64,000 nt of DNA from an uncultured virus (IMG/VR IMGVR_UViG_3300022602_000035) (IMGVR_UViG_3300022602_000035); one strand, 5' to 3'. Shown: positions 29,353 to 38,703, counted from the stretch's first letter. The notes: generated by a model from the sequence alone, not told the origin. Program-made: numbers and translations.

Positions 29353-29658
29353 ATGGGCAAAGCCGTTACTAGAGTTAGACCAGAACCAAATTTAACACTC
29401 AAAGAACCACCTATGTATAGAGTCATTTATATCAATGACGATGTTACTACTATGGAATTTGTTGTTGAAAGTTTAATAACGGTGTTTAATTATACTGTTG
29501 ATTCAGCTGCAGATATCACACAGAAGATCCATGTAGATGGTAGTGCTATAGTAGCAACATTGCCGTATGAGATGGCAGAGCAAAAAGGTGTTGAAGTTAC
29601 ACAAATGGCCCGTGCTAACGGATACCCATTAGTTATTAAATTGGAACCCGATGCATAA
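29353..29658 (+). CDS. clpS: ATP-dependent Clp protease adaptor ClpS
   Basis: PPMYRVIYINDDVTTMEFVV...YEMAEQK...YPL. Confidence 0.92.
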   Translation: MGKAVTRVRPEPNLTLKEPPMYRVIYINDDVTTMEFVVESLITVFNYTVDSAADITQKIHVDGSAIVATLPYEMAEQKGVEVTQMARANGYPLVIKLEPDA

Positions 29659-30158
29659 TGATTTTCAACAAGATTAAAGAACTCAAGGCTGAAGGTAAAA
29701 AGATTGGCATTACCTTTAGTACATTTGACATGTTACATGCTGGCCATATAGCTATGTTAAGTGAAGCTAAAAACCACTGTGATTATTTAATTTGCGGGCT
29801 ACAAACAGATCCGACTATTGATCGTCCTGATACTAAGAACAAGCCTGTTCAAAGTATTGTTGAACGACAAATCCAATTAGCCGCTTGTCGTTACGTAGAT
29901 GAAGTTGTTATCTACCAAACAGAACAAGACCTAATTGACTTACTGTTAATTTTACCACTTGATGTGCGTGTATTAGGTGAAGAGTATCAACACAGTGATT
30001 TTACAGGTAAAGGAGAATGTATGTACCGTGGTATTGAGTTGATTTATAATAAACGTGATCATTCATTCAGTAGCTCAAGTTTACGTAAACGTGTAGCACA
30101 TGCTGAGACTTTAAAATTATTAAAGGCAGATAATAATGTTATGCAAATTTCTAAATAA
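29658..30158 (+). CDS. cytidylyltransferase (TagD-like, HxGH family)
   Basis: TFDMLHAGH, CDYLICGL, YVDEV, RDHSFSSS. Confidence 0.85.
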   Translation: MIFNKIKELKAEGKKIGITFSTFDMLHAGHIAMLSEAKNHCDYLICGLQTDPTIDRPDTKNKPVQSIVERQIQLAACRYVDEVVIYQTEQDLIDLLLILPLDVRVLGEEYQHSDFTGKGECMYRGIELIYNKRDHSFSSSSLRKRVAHAETLKLLKADNNVMQISK

Positions 30159-30243
30159 CTTACTTAAATTCTTTACCTGTGGCAGAGGTTGCACGGGTAG
30201 TTGTAACCAAGGTAGAAAGGCCTGCGACTGTGAAACTAAGTGA
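30136..30243 (+). CDS. 35-aa Cys-rich peptide (not in ORF track)
   Basis: MLCKFLNNLLKFFTCGRGCTGSCNQGRKACDCETK* fills the gap between two genes. Confidence 0.5.
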   Translation: MLCKFLNNLLKFFTCGRGCTGSCNQGRKACDCETK

Positions 30244-30451
30244 AGATACAAAATTTTTTATCCTACTATTTGTTGTTATCATATCAATGGTCATGGCATT
30301 TTTTCCACCTAAACCAGAAGTAACAGTGTTCTACGACTGCCGCATAGCTGAGATTAGTCCAGATGTGCCACCTAAAGTCAAAGAAGAATGTCGTAAGAAA
30401 ATGGAAAAACAAACCCTCCCATCATGGCTCAGACCTAAAGGTGACAAATAA
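30230..30451 (+). CDS. small membrane-anchored protein
   Basis: GTG start after GAAAGG; TM helix, then YDCRIAEISPDVPPKVKEECRK. Confidence 0.6.
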   Translation: MKLSEDTKFFILLFVVIISMVMAFFPPKPEVTVFYDCRIAEISPDVPPKVKEECRKKMEKQTLPSWLRPKGDK

Positions 30452-30984
30452 TGGATGTAATGTTAGACTTAGAAACACTAAGCACACGCCCAGATGCTAC
30501 TATCTGTACATTTGGTGCTTGTAAATTTAGCCCGTATAACCAAAATGATATTGTAGATGGTATCTATTTCCGTATCGATATCGACAGTCAAATTGCTATG
30601 GGTCGTCATGTAGATGACAATACTATAGCATGGTGGGGTAATCAAGCGGAAGATGTCCGCGAAGAAGCACTTGGCGAAGGTGATCGTATTAGCCTAGATG
30701 AATTCAGCAAGCAGTTAAATAGATTTATCGTAGGTTGCGATAACATTTGGGCACAAGGTCCAGTATTTGACATTGTTATTTTAGAAAATCTATACAGACA
30801 GATGGGATTACCTTGTCCTTGGCAGTTCTGGCAGATCCGTGATAGTCGTACACTATTAAGTAGTCTAGGTGACCCGCGTGAAAAGAACAAAGCGGGACTA
30901 CACAATGCCCTAGAGGATGCTGTAAGTCAAGCACAAGCAGTTCAGTACGTATTCAAGCAAGCTGGCATTACGGAAAAACGATGA
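30451..30984 (+). CDS. DEDDh 3'-5' exonuclease (DexA/exo-A-like)
   Basis: MLDLETL, WAQGPVFD, RDSRT, HNALEDA. Confidence 0.88.
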   Translation: MDVMLDLETLSTRPDATICTFGACKFSPYNQNDIVDGIYFRIDIDSQIAMGRHVDDNTIAWWGNQAEDVREEALGEGDRISLDEFSKQLNRFIVGCDNIWAQGPVFDIVILENLYRQMGLPCPWQFWQIRDSRTLLSSLGDPREKNKAGLHNALEDAVSQAQAVQYVFKQAGITEKR

Positions 30985-31256
30985 AACCTCAAATACAAGA
31001 AGCACTGGATATTCTTCAAGAAGAATGTGCAGAAGTTATACAGGAAGTTAGCAAGGTTCGTCGCTTTGGCTTGGATACATTACACTACAAAACAGGACTA
31101 AAACATTCAACTATGTTAGAAATGGAAGTAGGTGATATGTTAGCCTTAATAGATATTTTAGTAGAACAAGGTATATTAGATCGTGATGGTCTTGAAGTTG
31201 CTACTGAAAATAAAAAAGAAAAATTAAAGCAATGGTCTGGAATATTTAAGGAATAA
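30981..31256 (+). CDS. MazG-like NTP pyrophosphohydrolase
   Basis: LQEECAEVIQ...LEMEVGDML. Confidence 0.75.
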   Translation: MKPQIQEALDILQEECAEVIQEVSKVRRFGLDTLHYKTGLKHSTMLEMEVGDMLALIDILVEQGILDRDGLEVATENKKEKLKQWSGIFKE

Positions 31257-31257
31257 T

Positions 31258-31578
31258 ATGGATATTATATTTGGAAGAGAAAACGCAGAGAAATTGCGTG
31301 AAAAGTATACGGTATTAGATTTAGAAACAGTAGAGAAAGACGGGCAAAGTATTGAAGTGTTTTGTTTATTATCTGCAGAAAAGATAGGATTTAATGAGTT
31401 ACCTACTTTAGATAAATGGGTGCAACTACATAACGATCTTTTACATGGATTTAATACTAAACAATACAGCTATTGCAAAGATGCTATAGGACATTTAAAA
31501 GGTAAATTTGCTGGAGAATTGGACTCATTCTACAATGAAATTCTTCGTCGTATCGAAGAAAAAGACGCCGAAGTTTAA
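31258..31578 (+). CDS. hypothetical protein resembling the C-terminal ~100 aa of the CHASE2 cyclase
   Basis: Manual alignment to the tail of 40468..42492. Confidence 0.5.
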   Translation: MDIIFGRENAEKLREKYTVLDLETVEKDGQSIEVFCLLSAEKIGFNELPTLDKWVQLHNDLLHGFNTKQYSYCKDAIGHLKGKFAGELDSFYNEILRRIEEKDAEV

Positions 31579-31652
31579 TCTAGATTAAGATTAAAGTACC
31601 ATAAAACTTCACTACTAGGTTCTAGTAAATAATATTACTAGGAGCCTAGACT

Positions 31653-32111
31653 GTGAAAACATCAATAATTATAATCACTTTCTTAGCGGCATCGACTGCG
31701 ATGGCCGCACCTCTCCCTGACTATACATTTAAAAGCCCTAGCTTCAACGGCAATGGATACGGCACTTATGTGCTGACTATACAGAACGAAGAATACACAC
31801 GTGCGCAGGCTATACAGCAGGCATTAGAGTCAGCCAAACAACAAGCGGCTACTGCGGCACAGAATACTCCGTTAAATCAATTTTTAACTAACTTGGAAAG
31901 TCGTGTTCTAGCACAGGTAAGTCAGAACTTAGCCACTGCGATGTTTGCTGGAGGATCTAGTACCAGCGGTACATTTAACTTCCAAGGTAATACTATATAC
32001 TGGCAAAACACAGGTGGTGCTATTACCCTAAACGTAACAGATACTTTGGGTAATGTAACTACTATTAATGTTCCTTTAGGACAGTTTAATCTTACAGGAT
32101 CAACACCATAA
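31653..32111 (+). CDS. csgF: curli assembly CsgF-like protein
   Basis: Signal peptide, YTFKSPSFNGNG, FLTNLESRV; directly precedes csgG. Confidence 0.7.
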   Translation: MKTSIIIITFLAASTAMAAPLPDYTFKSPSFNGNGYGTYVLTIQNEEYTRAQAIQQALESAKQQAATAAQNTPLNQFLTNLESRVLAQVSQNLATAMFAGGSSTSGTFNFQGNTIYWQNTGGAITLNVTDTLGNVTTINVPLGQFNLTGSTP

Positions 32112-32923
32112 TGAAAAGATTAGTATTGGTATTATTTTTATTGTTTACTGGTTGTGCTACTGTACAAAAAGCTGGGTATGAACATGCTCCTGAGAAAGCA
32201 GAAAATAAGATGGTAAAAGAGTTTGATGCTATTCCAGCACCTGCGGGCCCTAAGATTACTGTAGCAGTTTATAGTTTCCAAGATAAAACAGGACAACGTA
32301 AGAATACACCAACCATAGCCAGCTTTAGCACTGCGGTAACACAAGGTGCTGAACCATTCTTAATCAATGCCCTACAAGAAGTAGGACATGGACAGTGGTT
32401 TGATGTTGTGGAACGTGTAAATGTAGACAACTTAATTAAAGAACGTACTATTATTAAACAGATGCGTGATGCCTACGAAGGCTCTGCGGCTAAACCCTTA
32501 ATACCATTACAGTTTGCTGGTATTATCATGGAAGGTGGTATTGTTGGCTACGATAGTTCAATTGAAAGTGGTGGTGCGGCATATAAATGGTTAGGTATTG
32601 GACCACAAACACAATACTCAAAAGACATTGTAACAGTTAGCCTACGAGCAGTAAGTGTTAGCACAGGTAAAGTACTAACCACAGTAACCGTTACTAAAAC
32701 AGTTTATAGTACAGCAGACAGTATTGCAGTGCTGAAGTTCTTCAAACAAGGAACTTCAGCATTTGAATTTGAAACTGGCTTGACTATTAACGAACCTGGC
32801 ACTTTAGCAGTGAAAGCCACTGTTGAAGCGGCAGTGGTAGAGTTGATCAAACAAGGTCAACAAAAAGGAATTTGGGACTACAAAGTCTCAGATAATAAGA
32901 GTCCGGAACAAACGGACCATTAA
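32111..32923 (+). CDS. csgG: curli secretion channel CsgG-like lipoprotein
   Basis: Lipobox FTGC, VAVYSFQDKTGQRK, FSTAVTQG, WFDVVER, EGGIVGYD. Confidence 0.9.
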   Translation: MKRLVLVLFLLFTGCATVQKAGYEHAPEKAENKMVKEFDAIPAPAGPKITVAVYSFQDKTGQRKNTPTIASFSTAVTQGAEPFLINALQEVGHGQWFDVVERVNVDNLIKERTIIKQMRDAYEGSAAKPLIPLQFAGIIMEGGIVGYDSSIESGGAAYKWLGIGPQTQYSKDIVTVSLRAVSVSTGKVLTTVTVTKTVYSTADSIAVLKFFKQGTSAFEFETGLTINEPGTLAVKATVEAAVVELIKQGQQKGIWDYKVSDNKSPEQTDH

Positions 32924-32950
32924 GACCGTAACGGTCAAGGAGTAAGACAA

Positions 32951-33778
32951 ATGAAAAAGTTATTAGGACTTTGGAGTTTAGCGTTAATGATCTTGGCTAA
33001 CGTAGCTGTCGCGGCGGACAATAGTATCTATATTGACCAAAGTGGTAGCACATCTACTATATCTGTAACACAAGATGGAGCAGGTAACGTAGTACGTGGC
33101 ATTCAAGGCGCCGGTAGTGATAATACTACACCAGCAACAATTTATGGTAACAGCAATACCGTTACTATTCAACAAATTGGTACTGGTGATACATTAAACT
33201 TCGGTGTAAGATCTAGCGTGGTTAATGGTGTAACTGGTAACAACTACAGCTATACAGTTAATGGTGATAATGCTACAGCGGTTATTGATAGCAATAATGA
33301 TGGTAATGGTGTAAGTGGTAGTAATAACCTTACTATTACACAAACTGGTAACACTGCCAATGCTAACTTTAATATTTTAGGTAACCGTAACAATATTACA
33401 GCAACTACTTCAGGTGGTGATAGTAATAGTGTAGTATCTACAGTTAACGGTAACAGCAACACACAAAATATCACTGTGACTGCTGGCGGTAGCAATAGTA
33501 TTACAGTTAACCAAGGCGTAGGTGGTAGTGCCTTATCAGGTGGAGCAACAGCAACAACTAACAGTAACGGTGTAGTTACATTATCAGTAGCAGGCGCAAG
33601 CAACACAGTTGGTATTACACAGACCAGTGCTGGTTTCGCAGATACTACTGTGGTTAGTTTAACTGGTAGCAGCAACACTGCCAGCATTACACAAAATGCT
33701 GCCACAGCTAACACAACTGTAAACTTAACCAGTGTAGGCTCAAGTAACCATTTTACAATTAACTCTAACGCTCACTAA
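32951..33778 (+). CDS. secreted curlin-like repeat protein
   Basis: Signal peptide, NSIYIDQSG, repeated N-x-x-x-I-x-Q-x-G units. Confidence 0.7.
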   Translation: MKKLLGLWSLALMILANVAVAADNSIYIDQSGSTSTISVTQDGAGNVVRGIQGAGSDNTTPATIYGNSNTVTIQQIGTGDTLNFGVRSSVVNGVTGNNYSYTVNGDNATAVIDSNNDGNGVSGSNNLTITQTGNTANANFNILGNRNNITATTSGGDSNSVVSTVNGNSNTQNITVTAGGSNSITVNQGVGGSALSGGATATTNSNGVVTLSVAGASNTVGITQTSAGFADTTVVSLTGSSNTASITQNAATANTTVNLTSVGSSNHFTINSNAH

Positions 33779-33786
33779 GAGAGAAA

Positions 33787-34917
33787 GTGAAGATATGTCA
33801 ATTAATACTAACCATACTGTTAGGGATTATATCCTTGAACAGTATGGCCTCAGTGGGCACAGTTACAGAGCAGACAGCAGCCCCTGGTAGTATCGTACGA
33901 ACTGGTAAAACAGTACCTGCGGCCAAAGGCACGGGTGTTGAAATGAACGACGCAGTTAATACCACTAAAGGTCGAGTAGGTATTACATTCCAAGATGACA
34001 CTAAAGTTGAAGTAAACGAAAATAGCAAATTAGTTATTGATGACTTTGTCTACGACCCTAAGAAAGGTACAGGCAAGTTGGCCATGAAGTTTGCCAGTGG
34101 TACAGTTCGTTACGCATCTGGTGCTATAGCACACAGTAACCCTAATGCCGTGGCTTTAAACACCCCTAGCGCGACCATAGCAGTGCGCGGCACTGACTTT
34201 AGTGCTACAGTCGACGAAGCTGGCGCAAGTACTATTATTCTACTGCCAAGTTGCCCTAAGAATTGGGTAGATATAGATCGTGACTGTAAAACGGGCGCAA
34301 TTGAAGTTATGAATGAAGCAGGCAGTGTCCTACTTAACAAGCCATTCCAGGGTACTAAAGTAGAATCACGCAATATGCCTCCAATGAAGCCTGCTATATT
34401 AAACCTAAGTCTAGACACTATTAATAATCTATTAATCGTTGATGTGCCTAAGCAGATTGACCGAAGTAAAATAGAACAACAGCAGGCACAGGCTAAAGAA
34501 GCAGGCAATATGTTGGATCAAAACTTCTTAAAACAAAACTTCCTAGAAAATGAATTTGACAAAGAAGGCCCTATATGGGATAACCCATTGGCACAACCAC
34601 TACTACAACAATACTTCTTAGAAAATATCTTTAACATTCTAGCAGATCAACTACAACAAGAATCTGCTGCACTGTTACAGAATGTTCTAGCACCTAAAAA
34701 TCAATTGTTACCGGACTATGTTAAATCCAGTGGTGTAACAGTACAACAAGATCCTACTATGGTTGAGCTATGTCGCCCAGATGGTAGCAGTAACGTAGAA
34801 TGTATTAAGACCCCGCATGATCAAAACTCTACTGTGTATATGACACAGGGTGCAGTTACTATTAAGAATCGTATTAATCAAGGAAATGGTACAGTAATTA
34901 CCATGAAACAGAACTAA
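33787..34917 (+). CDS. FecR-domain protein
   Basis: ITFQDDTKVEVNENSKLVIDDFVYD, TPSATIAVRGTDF. Confidence 0.82.
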   Translation: MKICQLILTILLGIISLNSMASVGTVTEQTAAPGSIVRTGKTVPAAKGTGVEMNDAVNTTKGRVGITFQDDTKVEVNENSKLVIDDFVYDPKKGTGKLAMKFASGTVRYASGAIAHSNPNAVALNTPSATIAVRGTDFSATVDEAGASTIILLPSCPKNWVDIDRDCKTGAIEVMNEAGSVLLNKPFQGTKVESRNMPPMKPAILNLSLDTINNLLIVDVPKQIDRSKIEQQQAQAKEAGNMLDQNFLKQNFLENEFDKEGPIWDNPLAQPLLQQYFLENIFNILADQLQQESAALLQNVLAPKNQLLPDYVKSSGVTVQQDPTMVELCRPDGSSNVECIKTPHDQNSTVYMTQGAVTIKNRINQGNGTVITMKQN

Positions 34918-36398
34918 TGCGTAAATTTCTATTACTTTTAATGTTAGTATGCAATACAGCCTGGGCTGATATAACTCAGGAACATTTTAGTTTCGCACAG
35001 GTATTTGATGTACAGTGGTATATTAGTGGTAGCACCTTAAATGCCAGCGGATTTAATTACTTGTATGCCAGTGTAAATGCCTCAGGGCAATTAAGTGCCG
35101 CACGTCTAACATCTACACAGACTAATGCCTATGCTTCAGCTGGTGACTACTTGGCCTTTTTCCATAGTTCAACTAACCCAGGAACTTACGGATTGGGAGT
35201 ATATGATACCAATGGTAATCTAGTGCGCACTCTAGACAACACTGGATCCTTTGTAGCTCTGGCCAACGGAGCCATATTCTATAACGGCAACAATCAGTGG
35301 GGCACATTGTTTACCACAGCACAGGGCTATAACTATGGGCAAGGTGGTTCTTGGACTATCACACAAAGTTATCCTAGTACAGCCTACATGACTAACTATA
35401 CCCCGCCTAACACTACTCCCTTAGCGGCAGGACAGTCAGCACCACCCGCTGTTACTATAACCAGCAGAGTTAACTCGTATACTACTACAACTACTACAAG
35501 TGGAGCGACCGTCTATACCTACAGTCAACCCATAACTACTACAAACTATAGCGATGGCTCACAGACTGTGGTCAACAATGGCAGTGCTATACTATTAAGT
35601 ACAACTACCACAGGTGGCAGTAGCGGACCAAACACTGTTCAACAATCAGCTACTAACAATGCCTACGCTACACAAAATACCATGCCTAGTTCTAGCAACA
35701 TCTACATTGATCAAGTGGGCAGTAATGACCACATAACCATCAATCAAAATAATACCTATCAATCAATAGGTGGAGTTAGTCAACAGGCCATGCTGGTTCG
35801 TGGCGGCAATAATACTATTGTAGTTAACCAAGGTGATCCTCTTAACAATCAAAGTACACACAACATTGTTAATATTGACGCAGTCAGCGGAAGCAACAGC
35901 ATAACAGTTAATCAAGGTACAGATAGTAATGGACTTGGTAACGGCTACGATACAGGCTATCATTATGCTGGCGTTAGTGTCAATGGGGTAAACAACACGG
36001 TATCCGTACAACAACAAAATACGGGATCAGCTATTGCCAACACTGGTAACTATGCCAGCATTAACATCACAGGCAATCAAAATAATGAAAGCCTAATACA
36101 AACAGGCCCAGGTCCTAAACAGGCATTTAGTGTGATTAATGGCAACCTAAATACTGAAACAGTTAGTCAAACAGGGCTAGGGCAACACTTCTTAGATGTT
36201 AGCCTGACAGGCAATGGTAACAGTGCTGTAGTAAATCAATCAGGTAATACACCTAACTCAGCGCAGATATACTTGACCAATGCGGGCGGTCCTGCGTCAG
36301 TTAATCTAACACAGACTGGTGGACAAAGTTATAGTATAAGCCAAACCTGTGTACAGGCCACAGGTTGTGGCACAGTAACAGTTAGACAGGGAAACTAA
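34917..36398 (+). CDS. secreted protein with C-terminal curlin-like repeats
   Basis: Signal peptide; NIYIDQVG..., Q-x-G-x-G-x-H repeats, C-terminal C..ATGC. Confidence 0.65.
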   Translation: MRKFLLLLMLVCNTAWADITQEHFSFAQVFDVQWYISGSTLNASGFNYLYASVNASGQLSAARLTSTQTNAYASAGDYLAFFHSSTNPGTYGLGVYDTNGNLVRTLDNTGSFVALANGAIFYNGNNQWGTLFTTAQGYNYGQGGSWTITQSYPSTAYMTNYTPPNTTPLAAGQSAPPAVTITSRVNSYTTTTTTSGATVYTYSQPITTTNYSDGSQTVVNNGSAILLSTTTTGGSSGPNTVQQSATNNAYATQNTMPSSSNIYIDQVGSNDHITINQNNTYQSIGGVSQQAMLVRGGNNTIVVNQGDPLNNQSTHNIVNIDAVSGSNSITVNQGTDSNGLGNGYDTGYHYAGVSVNGVNNTVSVQQQNTGSAIANTGNYASINITGNQNNESLIQTGPGPKQAFSVINGNLNTETVSQTGLGQHFLDVSLTGNGNSAVVNQSGNTPNSAQIYLTNAGGPASVNLTQTGGQSYSISQTCVQATGCGTVTVRQGN

Positions 36399-36399
36399 T

Positions 36400-36471
36400 A
36401 TGTGGACTAAAAGATACCCTCACCCTAAAAATCCTCCTGAACCTGTAAATAACCATCATCCTAAAAGGTAA
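36400..36471 (+). CDS. 23-aa Pro/His-rich peptide beginning MWTK (not in ORF track)
   Basis: MWTKRYPHPKNPPEPVNNHHPKR*, 1 nt after the upstream stop, AGGGA upstream. Confidence 0.35.
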   Translation: MWTKRYPHPKNPPEPVNNHHPKR

Positions 36472-36508
36472 AATATTTGCATCATACTAACAATTACTAT
36501 ATAATAGT

Positions 36509-37687
36509 ATGATGGATAATGCTTATGTAGTTGGCTACGGCCTAATTGATGTTTTAGGAAATAATCCTAAAGATTGTTTCGCTAACATGTTAAATGATAT
36601 AGATTACTCTACTGATCTTGATTATATGGTCACAGAGAATCATAAAATCACTCGTGGCATGCCAGTTAATGAATCTGCAATTTTAATGCCTGATAATACT
36701 CCTAAAGGTATTACTAAAATGCAACGTCTGGCATTTCATGCTACAGAACAAGCACTGCAGATGTCCAGATTACCTCACAGTAAGAATGTTGCTGTACTAT
36801 TTTCAACTATTGTCAATGATCTAGAAACCCTAGACGAGTTATATCCCAGACTGCACGATAATAAACGTGTACATCCCCGTATGATTCTAAATAGAATTCC
36901 GGATATGATGCCTAGTCATATTGCACATCACTATCAATTCATGGGATCAACAGCCAGTGTTTATTCTGCGTGTGCTACTGCTATTAGTACCATTGACTAT
37001 GCTATGCGTCTAGTAGATGAATATGATTATGTAGTAGTTGGCAGTGGTGATGCGGCCTGTTTTCCATTTGCAATTAAATCGTTCCATGCATTTGGAGCCA
37101 TGGGCAATCATAGTTGTCCGTTTGACAATGCTCGAGAAGGTTTTGTAATGGGCGATGGCATGGGTGTACTAATATTACAAAGTAAACAAAAAGTTAAAGA
37201 ATACGGTAGTCATGTATATGCAACTTTGTATCCAGCAGGTATTAGTAATGATGCGTATGATGCAACAAGCCCTGCAGAAGATGGCCGAGGTGCAAAATTA
37301 GCATTTGAAAAAGCTATGAAAAATGTTACAGGAAAGATTCATGCTGTAAATGCCCATGCTACCAGCACACCTATAGGCGATGTAGTTGAGTACAATGTAG
37401 TTACTGATAGACTAGGTGCTATACCAATTTATGCACCTAAGAGTAAACTCGGACATACAATGGCAGGGTGCGGCATGATAGAAACTATCTATGCCATTGA
37501 AAGTATGCGTAATGGCGTTATTCCGCACATACATAATCTAAATGAAACATCAATAGATAAGTTGAATTGTTTGGCTAGAACAAATATAATGTTTGAAGAT
37601 GTAGAAACATTGCGTACTATCAACAATAGTTTTGGCTTTGGCGGTAAGTGTGCAAGTCAGGTAGTGGAAGTAACTAGAGATCATTAA
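36509..37687 (+). CDS. beta-ketoacyl-ACP synthase (FabF/FabB type)
   Basis: Cys-His-His triad: SACAT, NAHATST, KSKLGH; NSFGFGG. Confidence 0.9.
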   Translation: MMDNAYVVGYGLIDVLGNNPKDCFANMLNDIDYSTDLDYMVTENHKITRGMPVNESAILMPDNTPKGITKMQRLAFHATEQALQMSRLPHSKNVAVLFSTIVNDLETLDELYPRLHDNKRVHPRMILNRIPDMMPSHIAHHYQFMGSTASVYSACATAISTIDYAMRLVDEYDYVVVGSGDAACFPFAIKSFHAFGAMGNHSCPFDNAREGFVMGDGMGVLILQSKQKVKEYGSHVYATLYPAGISNDAYDATSPAEDGRGAKLAFEKAMKNVTGKIHAVNAHATSTPIGDVVEYNVVTDRLGAIPIYAPKSKLGHTMAGCGMIETIYAIESMRNGVIPHIHNLNETSIDKLNCLARTNIMFEDVETLRTINNSFGFGGKCASQVVEVTRDH

Positions 37688-37795
37688 TGGTTTTACGTAT
37701 GTTAAAACGGGGGTTTTCCAGTTACTATATGTATAAGTACTAATAACAACAAGACATGTTGTGGTACTTTTTAATAACTTACTAGGAGAAATACT

Positions 37796-37867
37796 ATGTG
37801 GACTAAACCAGCTGCTACTGAAATGCGTTTCGGTTTCGAAGTTACTATGTACGTAATGAACAAGTAA
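37796..37867 (+). CDS. pqqA: pyrroloquinoline quinone precursor peptide
   Basis: MWTKPAATEMRFGFEVTMYVMNK* with the ExxxY core, AGGAGA RBS and a terminator downstream; missed by the ORF track. Confidence 0.95.
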   Translation: MWTKPAATEMRFGFEVTMYVMNK

Positions 37868-37890
37868 TTTATTGTTCAGACCGCAACAAC

Positions 37891-37910
37891 AAAAGCCCTT
37901 CGGGGCTTTT
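37891..37910 (+). terminator. rho-independent terminator
   Basis: AAAAGCCC-TTCG-GGGCTTTT. Confidence 0.85.
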
Positions 37911-37926
37911 GTCACGAATACGGGTT

Positions 37927-37993
37927 ATAAATTTTTTTAATGGTAGGTATAAGAAAATTTAATTAGACAAGTGAAGTTAATAAGTGTTATAAT
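37927..37993 (+). promoter_or_regulatory. OxyR-like box plus sigma70 promoter of ahpC
   Basis: ATAA-N7-TAAT-N7-ATAA-N7-TAAT (37927-63) abutting TAGACA-18-TATAAT. Confidence 0.6.
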
Positions 37994-38017
37994 ATATTTT
38001 TAAGTGAGGAGAGTAAT

Positions 38018-38581
38018 ATGAAGATTGGACATCAAGTAGAAGCATTTACAGCACAAGCATATCGTCAAGGTAAGTTTGTAGAAGTTTCAGAGCAAAATTT
38101 AAAAGGTAAGTGGAGTGTAGTATTCTTTTACCCAGCAGACTTTACATTTGTCTGCCCAACAGAATTAGCAGACTTACAAGACGTTTACGCAAGTGATTTC
38201 AAACAACTAGGTGTAGAAGTCTACAGCGTAAGCACAGACACACACTTTGTACACAAAGCATGGGCAGATGCCACAGACACAATCCGCAACATCGAGTACA
38301 CAATGATTGGCGATCCTAATCATCAACTAAGTGAACAGTTTGGTGTGCTGATTCCTTTAGAAGGACTTGCTGATCGCGGTACATTTGTTATCGACCCAGA
38401 TGGTGTTGTACAAATCATTGAAATCAATCCAGGTGGTGTTGGCCGTGATGCTCGAGAACTATTGCGTAAAGTTAAAGCGGCAAAGTATACACGTGAACAC
38501 CCAGGTGAAGTGTGTCCAGCCAAATGGCAAGAAGGTGCCGCAACATTAGCACCAAGTCTTGACTTAGTTGGTAAGCTATAA
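38018..38581 (+). CDS. ahpC: alkyl hydroperoxide reductase C (2-Cys peroxiredoxin)
   Basis: [34 protein letters not shown]. Confidence 0.96.
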   Translation: MKIGHQVEAFTAQAYRQGKFVEVSEQNLKGKWSVVFFYPADFTFVCPTELADLQDVYASDFKQLGVEVYSVSTDTHFVHKAWADATDTIRNIEYTMIGDPNHQLSEQFGVLIPLEGLADRGTFVIDPDGVVQIIEINPGGVGRDARELLRKVKAAKYTREHPGEVCPAKWQEGAATLAPSLDLVGKL

Positions 38582-38588
38582 TAGATAC

Positions 38589-38612
38589 AGCCCTATCTTT
38601 TGGTAGGGCTTT
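38589..38612 (+). terminator. probable terminator
   Basis: AGCCCTA-loop-TAGGGCT-TT. Confidence 0.6.
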
Positions 38613-38703
38613 CTATTGACTGCAATAAATATTGATAGTATAATATTTTTATGCTGTTCCAATTACCGTTGGAAATTTTTAAAACTCCCACAAGGAAACT
38701 GCA

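Noticed and set aside
37550..37915. 121-aa minus-strand ORF
   Set aside because: Antisense to the fabF end, pqqA and its terminator, which are far better supported
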